NCBI RefSeq assembly: GCF_026210795.1
Contig: NC_089430.1
Location: 620,001-684,000, forward strand
Origin: Rhizophagus irregularis
Taxonomy: Eukaryota
DNA length: 64,000 nucleotides
Direction of reading: 5' to 3'
Shown: positions 25,457-34,935 of the stretch, piece by piece
Numbering within the stretch: position 1 is the first letter of the stretch
How the letters are laid out: every line of letters starts with the position of its first letter
Position numbers and translations under genes: made by a program
The notes under the pieces: generated by a model
Databases searched by the model: none
What the model was told of the DNA's origin: nothing
The model's input: the letters and a program-made list of their open reading frames with translations, nothing else

Positions 25457-26453
25457 GTGACATATATTATGTTTATTTAAATCTGAAATTTTTCAAAAAA
25501 AGAGGGGGGAGGACGTTAAACTAATTATTAATTTGGAGCGGCCTAATTAATAACTTAATGTCTAAAATTTTATTTGCATATTTTTACAGGATTTTCAATA
25601 TCAGGTGTCAATTATGCATACTACTGTGCCGTACTACTCATATAAAAAGTCTCTGCGTATAGCTCATAGTAAAAAAATTTTTCGCCACCTGACCCCTATA
25701 TATATTTCTGGATCCTAATGCACCATTTGCAAGAAAATTGGAATATTTGACAAAAAAAAAAGCAAAATTTGATTTTAATTGACAATGTTATAACAATGTT
25801 GTGAAATGTTACAATAATATTACATTTGAGGTGTAAAGTAGCATTTTCCCAAATTTTCATAAAATTTGCTAAATTGGATAATGTTGTAACAATGCTATTC
25901 CAAAAAATTGCTCAGCGTAATGCAGCATTTTCCATAATTTCCTACCATTTTTCAGGAAAATGTGAAATTTGCATTTTTTGAAATTTGGACAAGGTGCTCC
26001 TTTGACCTGTGAGATATTGCAAAAATCAAATGTGATGATTTATATATATTTAATAATTAAATAAGTTACAAAAAAAAAGAATTATTCAAATTACAAACTA
26101 AAAAACTTGTAAAATATTCTACTACTTTAACCTTAGTGTTTAAATAATTCTAATAAAAATAAAGAGAATTTGAATATTTAATAATTTATAAGAAATAAGA
26201 ATCATTTAAATTACAAACTAAGAAATTTGTAAAATATTTTACTACTCTAACTTTAGTGTTTAAATAATTCTAATAAAAAAAAAATATACATATAAAAAAA
26301 ATTTGTTAAATGAACAATAACATCAAATCATATCATTTAAAAAAAAAGTTTTTAAAAATAATTCAAATTAAATCTTTTTCATTATCTGAATAATTAAAAA
26401 AAAAAAATTAATTTCATATAAAATTATTTGCAAAATTATTTTATTTTTCTATA

Positions 26454-29400
26454 TTACATACCTTCATTAATAATGATACAATCTCTCAAACTTCCGCTTT
26501 CTTGAATTTCATTCACTTTTCCACTAGTAGAATGACTTAAATAATATACATGTGTATCTTCATTTTCAAGAATTTTATTCAATTCTTTACTAGTAAAACT
26601 AAGTAAGCGACTTGTATGGCATACTTGTGGATGAGATTCGGTAATTAAATTGTTACATTGAATTGATGCATTTATAAATTCCATAATATTGCTTTTTAAT
26701 TCTTCATTTATATCACTTATATCACTGATTTCAGGATTAAAAATCCAATTTTTAATGATATTTTTAACTTTTAATGCAGATGGCCTTTCTAATGGATCTT
26801 CATTCCAACATTTTTTCATTAAATCTATATAGCATTGTGGAGTATTTTCAATAATTTCAGGACGTTCACCTTTACAAATACTTAAACTAAGTTGAATATC
26901 ATCATATTTTCTGTCACTAAATGGTGGAACTCCAGATGTAAATTCCCACATAATCATAGAAAAACTATATATATCACTAGCTGGAGTATATGATTTACCT
27001 CTTAAAATTTCAGGTGCCATAAATGGTATAACACCATAAATACTATCTTTGTTTAAAAATGATTCCAAAGGTTGACATAATCCTAAATCACTAATATAAA
27101 TTTCATCATCTTTATTTTCATCATCTTTTAAATTATTTTTATACTTATTATGTTTTAAAATATTACCATCATGAAAATCACAATGAATAAGATTTTGTTC
27201 ATGTATTTTATGAAGTCCAGAAATAATTTTATATAATATATATAATCTCTGTTTCCAATTATTTTTAATTATTTTTGTTAAATTTTCTCTTAAATTGCCT
27301 TTATTTGCATAATCCATTATTGCCATATATTTCGAATCTGGATTTCTTGTAAATCCGTACAAGTTAATAATTTCAGTTGAATCTAAACAACTTTCATGAT
27401 ATTTCCACTATATAAAAAGTTAAAAGATTATTAAAATAAATTTATATAAATAAATTATAATTTAAGTTTAAAAAAAAAAATAAATAAAATGTTATAAATA
27501 ATATATATCTTACTTCTTTTAAAAATTTACTTAAATTTTCATTTAAATCTTTGGGACATTTAAGAACTACTTCCATATCACCGTTTTCTTTTAACCAAAT
27601 AGCTTTATAAACACTACCAAATCCTCCTTCATTAAGATATTCAACATCCTTAAATTTTTTATAAGGAATCCATTTTAATTTTTTTTCTAAAATAAAATTA
27701 TCCATAATTATATTTCCACTTTTTCCAAATCTAAATAATTTTAAATAATTAAAATTCATTAAAAAATTACGTTGAAATCGTTGAAATATTAAATTTTAAA
27801 AAAAATAACATTAACACTTACCCTAAAATTTAATAAGAAATTTTAATAAATGATAAATTTTAATTTATTTTTTACATAAATAGTAACGTAATAATAACCA
27901 AAATTTGTAACTTACTAACTAAAGTAAATAAACAAATATAAAGAATTTAGTTAATTAAAATTATTTGTGAATATTAAATACAGTAAATATACAAGGATAG
28001 CAATATCTAATAACTTACAACCTAAATTAAATTAGAATCTAGTTAGTTTAAATTATATGCAAATATCACATAAATATATAATAATAAAATTACTTGTTAC
28101 TTACAAAAATCTAAATAAATTATCAATCAATTTTTTTTAATTAATTTAAATATATATTGAATATAATAACAAAATTGAATAAATAATTTATTACAACTTA
28201 CGCTCTACATTATTAAATAACAAATTTAGTTTAAATTATATGTGAATATGATATAAATACGTAATAATAGAATTAATAAACAACTTACTTCCTATATTAC
28301 CAAATAATTTATAAATAAAGAATTTAGTATAAATTATATTTAAACATCAATTAATCATATAATGACAGAATTAAATTAAGTAACTTACGAACTATATTAT
28401 TAAATAAAGAATTTAGTTAGTTTAAATAATACATACATATGCATAACAATACAATCAAATAGAATAGTTTATATAACTTACAATCTAAAATTATTAACGA
28501 TTATTTTTAAATAAAGGATTTAATCAATAAATCATATACAGTCATCATATAAACAATGTAATAACATAATTTATAACTTACAATCTATAAATAAAGAATC
28601 AAATTAGTTTAAATTATATATAAACATTACATAAATATATAATAATAGGATTACTCACTTTCTATATTTTTGAATAATTTTTTAAACGAAAAATTTAGTT
28701 AATTTAAATTATATGTAAATATGAATTAAATAAATAAATTATAACTTACCATCTATTAAATGACGAATTTAATTTTTTTTTTTCGAATTATTTGTAAGTA
28801 TTTTATAAAGAAAATAACTACATTTAACCGTGAGGAAAATTAACCGGTGGGCAGAATTACACAATTCCAAGTCAACTCATTACCAGCATTAACATTAATT
28901 CCTTCATTTACCGGTTAATTTTCCCCCTGGCTAAGATCCTTATATAAATATGTGATAGACAAATTACCTTCTAGATTATTGATTTTTTTTTTTAAAAAAA
29001 AAAATTTAGATTAAATCATATGTAACAGGTATTATATAAATACATAGAATAAAATAACTTACTCTCTATATTATTAGCAATATTTAAATAAAGAATTCAG
29101 TTAATTTTAGTTAGTTTAAATAATATTATATAAATGTCAAAATAAAATTAAATAAATAACTTATAACTTACTAACTAAAATAAACAAATAGTATTTTTTC
29201 AAATAGAAAATATAGTTAAATTAAATACAAATGCTATACATGTAATAGAATAAATAAATAACTTCTAACTTACCAACTAAAACATGTAATAATTTGCGAA
29301 AAATTTAATTAGTTTATATTATATGAGAATGCAATAAAATATATAATGGTAGAATAAAATAAATAACTCACTCTCTAGTATATTATTAAATAGTTTTTCA

Positions 29401-32400
29401 AAGTAAAGAAGTCAGTTTAATTTATAGTATGTATTATAAATATACAAATACAAATAACTCACGTGCTGTATTATTAAAGAACAAATAATTTAGTTAGTTT
29501 AAATTATATAAATATCATATGTAATAATAGAAATAAATAACTTACAATCTAAATAAATTGTCAGATATTTTAATAAAGAATTTGTTAGTTAACATAAATT
29601 TAAATGTTATGCAAACGTATAATAATACTATCGATAAATAAGCAACTTACTCCCTATATTATTAAATATTTTTTTTTAAATAAAAAATTTAGTTAGTTTA
29701 AATTATGTATGTGTAAATATCAAATAATATATAATAATAAAATCAAATAAATAATTATTACTTACGCACTATATTACAATTTTTTAAATAAAAAGTTTTA
29801 AATATATTAGTGAATATTATATAATAATAGAATAAATAATTAACTTATAACTTACAAACTAATACAAGTAAATTGTTCAAATAATTTTTATAATAAAGAA
29901 TTTCGTTAATTTAAATTATTTGTAGATATATAAATAGAATTAAATAAATAACTTGTCACTTACGTGCTATATATTAAATATTTTTAGATAATTTTAGTTA
30001 GTTTAAGTTACGTATAAATTATGGTAAAAAATAAAAATAAAAATAACATACGTGCTTATTATAAAAATAATTTTTAATAAAAAATTTAGTTAATTTAAAT
30101 TCATATAAAAAGTATGCAATAATAGAATTTAATAAAGTAACTTACGATCTATATTATTATAATAAAGAATTTAGTTTAATTTAAATTATATATGATAGTA
30201 TTAATGGTATGATAATAGAATTAAATAAATGATTTATAACTTACCATCTAAAAGAAATTGCCAAATAATTTTTTAATAAAGAATTCAATTAATTCAAATT
30301 AAATATTTGTAAATAATAATAGAATTAAATAAATAACTCACTCTCTATTATTAAAAAATTGAAAAGTTAATTTAAATTATTTACAAGTATTATATAATTG
30401 CATTATAATGTAATAATTAAATAAATAATTTATAACTTACCAACTAAAATATTAATTTTTTAAATAAAGAATTTGATTATTTAACTGAAATTATACGTAA
30501 ATATTATTTAAATACATAACGATAGAATAACTTACTCTCTATATTATTAAAATAAAAATTTAGTTTATAATTAATTTAAATAATCACGTAAATATTTTAT
30601 ATAAATGTATAATGGTAAATTAAATAAATGACTTATAACTTACCAGCTATAATAAATTTCCAGATAATTTGTTAAATAAAGAATTTCGTTAGTTTAAAAT
30701 ATATAATATATGAATATATGTAAAATTTCATATAAATATAATAGAATTAAATTAATAACTTGCCAACTATAATAAAATTACAAAGTGATTATTTTAAATA
30801 AGAATTTCGTTAGCTTATATTATATACAAATATTCTATAATGAAATTAAATAACTTACTTCCTATATTATTAACCGTTTTTAGAAAGAATTTAGTTAGTT
30901 TAAAATATATGTAAATATCATATATCATAAAGTCCGCCCTTTTTGCACATAATGCTAGCCAAGAACATCGTAATGTAGCCCAAAATTGCGAACTTTATGA
31001 TAGATCTGTAATAATCAAATCAAATAAATAACTTACTCCCTGTATATTATTAAATGATTTTTAAATAAGGAATTTAGTTCAAATTATATAAATATTATAT
31101 AAATATGCAATAATAGGAATAAATAAATGACTTATAACTTACAATCTAAAATAAATTACCAAAGTTAGTTTAAATTATTGTAAATAGTGTATAAATATAT
31201 ATGTATGATAGAATTAAATAAATAACTTACCAACTATAATAAACCACCAAATAATTTTTAGACGGAAAATTTAGTTAATTTATTAAATTACAATATTAAA
31301 TATATATTTAAAATAATAAAATTAAATAAATAACACATATTTAACTTACGTCCTAAGAAAATTACCAATATTTATTTGTGATTAGTTTAATTATATTAGA
31401 TATCATATAAATAAGTAGTAATAAAATAAAATAAACAACTCACTTGCTAAATCATTAAACCGTTTTTTAAAAAATATTATAAATTTTTGTAATAAGGGCA
31501 GCGTAATATATTACGTAACGCCCGTAATCCAACAACAAATTTCGGGTGATATCAGCGTAAGATAGGTAACCAATTAAAATATAATATAATTATATATCAC
31601 ATGATTTTATTATGTGTCCAATTCTCGTAATAAATGTCAATGTTCCTAATAAAATTAAATAAATGACATATAACTTACATGCTATATTATTTTTTAATAA
31701 TAATAGTTAGTTCAAATTATATATGAAGCGTAATAATGGAATTAAATAAATAACTATAACTTACTATCTAAAATAAATTACCAATTAATTTTTTTTTAAA
31801 TAAAAAAAAATTCAATTAGTTTAAATAATATGTATATATCATATATAAATATACAATTGATAGAATTAAATAACTTGAAATAAACTCACTTTCTACATTA
31901 TTAATAATTTTTTAAATAAAAAAATTTAGTTAATTTAAATCACATGTAAATATTTCATAAATATGTAATGGTAGAATTAAATAAATAACTTACCAACTAA
32001 AAAAAATTATGTAAAATAAAAAAATTAATTAGTTAAAGTTATATGTGAATATTATATAAATATATGATAATAAAATTAAATAAATAATTTATTACGTACC
32101 AACTATATAAATAAATTACCAAATAATTTTTTTTTTAAATTAAATATTTTTTTTTCTTTTAGTATATTAAAATATTTAATAAATAAAATTAAATAAATAA
32201 CTTACATGCTATATTATTAAAATAAAGAAATAATTAGCTTAAATAATGTCGTTAAATATGTAATAATGGAATTAAATAAATGACTTATTACTTACACGCT
32301 ATATTATTAAATATTTTTTATATAAAGAATTTAATTAGTTTAAATATTATATAAATATTTTATAATAATATTAAATAAATAAGTAGAATAACTCACTCTC

Positions 32401-33203
32401 TATATTATTAAAATAAAGAATTTAGTTAGTTTAAATTTATATGTAAATATCTTAATAAACATGTACTAATAGAATTAAATAAATAACTTGCAACTTACCA
32501 ACTAAAATAAATTACCAATAAATTTTTCATTTTTTTCTAGTTAGTTTAAGTTATATACAACTTAAAGACATAGATAACATATAACTTACACCCTGTAATA
32601 TTATTATTAATTAGATAAAAACATTATTACAAAAATACATGATGTAAAAAAAATTAATTATATTACTTACAATCTAATTATTTAAATAAAGAATAAAATG
32701 ATTAGTTTTGAAATATGCGCAAAAATTAAATAAATAATAAAATTAAATAACTTACCATCTATAACATCATTAATGAATGAATAATTATTTAAACAAAGAA
32801 TTTTGTTATTTGAATATTATGCAAAAAATATGGTAAAAAAATAAATAACTGATAATTACTTACTAACTAAAGTATTATTAATCATGATTTAGTTATTTAG
32901 AATATGATAAAGATAAGTAATTTTCAATTATTATTCGAATTATATTAACTTACGATCTAATTATTTAAATGATTATTAAATTAGAAATAATTCAAATTTA
33001 TATGTGAATATTACGTAAGGTAAAATAATATGAAAATTGTTTAAAAAATTATTTCAATATTTTATTTACCTTCAGATTCCTTGGTACTGGTACTTGAAAC
33101 TAGTTTTGGTATTTATTACAAATTCGTTTCAAAATTTAGAATATTCTAATTTAAATTAAATATTCATGCTATTTCTTTTACCTTCATCGTTACCATTAGC
33201 CAT
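26454..33203 (-). CDS. TKL-like protein kinase with 54 predicted exons (50 micro-exons of 1-6 nt), ~457 aa
   Basis: Exons 33182-33203, 33070-33099, 50 micro-exons (32956 down to 27822), 27514-27730 and 26454-27407 total 1374 nt with no internal stop. Kinase motifs EGGFGSVYKA, VVLK, HCDFHDGN, SDLG, MAPE, SDIYSF. The kinase exons are high confidence; micro-exon inclusion is predicted. Confidence 0.8.
28824..28934. mobile_element. ~110-bp MITE inside a micro-exon intron
   Basis: TTAACCGTGAGGAAAATTAACCGGT ... ACCGGTTAATTTTCCCCCTGGCTAA imperfect TIRs. Confidence 0.7.
30925..31000. mobile_element. 76-bp hairpin MITE inside a micro-exon intron
   Basis: TA|TCATAAAGTCCGC ... GCGAACTTTATGA|TA. Confidence 0.65.
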
Positions 33204-34215
33204 TATAATAATTATGTTTGAAATTCTTCCTAAAGAGACGGTGTATAATATATTCTTTATTAAATACCTTTATTAATGTGGGTATATATACAGGATAACC
33301 ATACAGAATGCAAAATGCAGACGCCAAGTAGGTAATCGGTTTCAGAACAATAAGGACGTATTGTATGCATTATGTGCAATTATGTCGATCACAAGCCACG
33401 ACAAACAAGTTTTTTTTTTCTTAAAAATGATGATCAAAATATTCTTTGAAGAAAAGCCGATTAAAAAAAAATTTACTATGAAACTACATACTGTTATTTT
33501 TTATTCGCAAAAGTAACGGTAACACACATTTCAGATTTGTCAACCATCTTAACTGCAAAAATTTCATGATAATCTGAACCGAGTGAGGCGAAAGTCCAGA
33601 TTACGTTGTAATATAGGTTTAGTTAATATCAATAATTTAACGTAAGAAATAAACTTTTTAAAGGTAATTTTCTTGAGTTTGCTTTAGATGAGAAGAAAAT
33701 ATAACTTCTTTACTATAATTATTAAATATTAAAAGATCAATCAAGCGATAACGTTGATCACTTTCTAAGAAAATTTCGAATGATAAACGCTATTGTACAT
33801 ATATATTTTATTTTGGCCGCATATTGATTCTTTAAAAGAAGACGGTATCCGTTAAAGTTCGTCACGTTTACTTTCTCAGGGTCTTTTTTATTATCAGTGT
33901 CACAAAGAAAAGGAATAATTGAAAGGATTTTTTAAAACATATAGAAAATCATTGTTTAAATTTGAATGTTAAAAATTTCTTCAATGTGATAGTCCTAAGA
34001 ATTAACTATGGAAAAATTTTGCATAATAATTCAAAATCAAATAGTCTTGTTAATTTAGTTATGTTAATATGAAATCAATTTAATAAATTGATAAAGTGAA
34101 CAAATTAATTTATGACTTATGTAATATGTAATTGTTATTTGTTGCTGACTTAGCCAAGTTTTTTAAAAAACTTGTTGTCACCTGATCACCACGTTGAGGT
34201 GCAGCAACATTGATC

Positions 34216-34935
34216 AGGGGGGAAGGGGAAAGCGAAAGGAAAAAGGGAAACGGAAGGGAAAGGTAGGAAAGGGTAAACGAAGGGAAGGGTAAGACGAAGG
34301 GGAAAGGTAAGACGAAGGGGAAAGGGTAAAACGAAGGGGAAAGGGTAAGACGAAGGGAAAGGGTAAGACGAAGAGAAAGGGTAAGACGAAGAGAAAGGGT
34401 AAGACGAAAGGGAAGGATAAAACGAAGGGGAAAGGGTAAAACGAAGGGGAAGGGTAAAACGAAGTGGAAAGGGTAAAACGAAGGGGAAGGGTAAAACGAA
34501 GTGGAAAGGGTAAAACGAAGGGGAAGGGTAAAACGAAGGGGAAGGGTAAAACGAAGGGGAAGGGTAATACGAAGGGGAAAGGGTAAGACGAAGACGAAGG
34601 GGAAAGGGTAAGACGAAGGGAAAGGGTAAAACGAAGGGGAAAGGGTAAAACGAAGGGGAAAGGGTAAAACGAAGGGGAAAGGGTAAGACGAAGGGGAAAG
34701 GGTAAACGAAGGGACGAAGGGGAGGGTAAGACGAAGGGGAAAGGGTAAGACGAAGGGAAAGGGTAAGACGAAAGGGAAGGATAAAACGAAGGGGAAAGGG
34801 TAAGACGAAGGGGAAAAGGTAAGACGAAGGGAAAGGGTAAGACGAAAGGGAAGGATAAAACGAAGGGGAAAGGGTAAAACGAAGGGGAAAGGGTAACGAA
34901 GGGGAAAGAGAAAGCGAGAGAAGGGAAGGGGAAAG
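34216..34935 (+). repeat. Purine-rich minisatellite, ~18-19-bp unit GGGGAAAGGGTAA(A/G)ACGAA, roughly 35 copies
   Basis: Directly visible tandem repeat; it generates the overlapping F/P/L/S/Y-rich ORFs on the minus strand. Confidence 0.95.

Larger units (their letters stand above)
8240..25543 (-). mobile_element. Zator-like DNA transposon, host of nested insertions
   Basis: 33-bp TIRs: GGCTGTTCTAAATTAAAAATTAGTTTAACGTCC and GGACGTTAAACTAATTATTAATTTGGAGCGGCC (4 mismatches). GG..CC termini and TTA/TAA flanks fit the TWA target of Zator. Transposase remnants lie inside. The family assignment is from motif recall. Confidence 0.75.
27822..32956 (-). other. Micro-exon array: repeated branch point - AG - NNN - GT(A/G)AGT units about every 75-120 bp
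   Basis: On the plus strand ACTTAC/ACTCAC-nnn-CTA/CTG (with a few variants) recurs 50 times, usually followed ~20-40 nt later by TTAGTTAG/TTAATTAG (CTAAC-type branch site on the minus strand). Confidence 0.9.

Noticed and set aside
27442..27759. 105-aa ORF as a standalone gene or as the kinase start
   Set aside because: Both ends are intron read-through; the exon is 27514-27730, bounded by TAG and GTAAG.
27822..32956. CRISPR-like or plain satellite reading of the ~95-bp periodic array
   Set aside because: Eukaryotic context and no cas genes; the conserved positions are exactly donor, acceptor and branch-point motifs around a 3-nt variable core.
34216..34935. Telomeric repeat (GGGTAA resembles TTAGGG)
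   Set aside because: The unit is 18-19 bp, interstitial, and contains no TTAGGG run.
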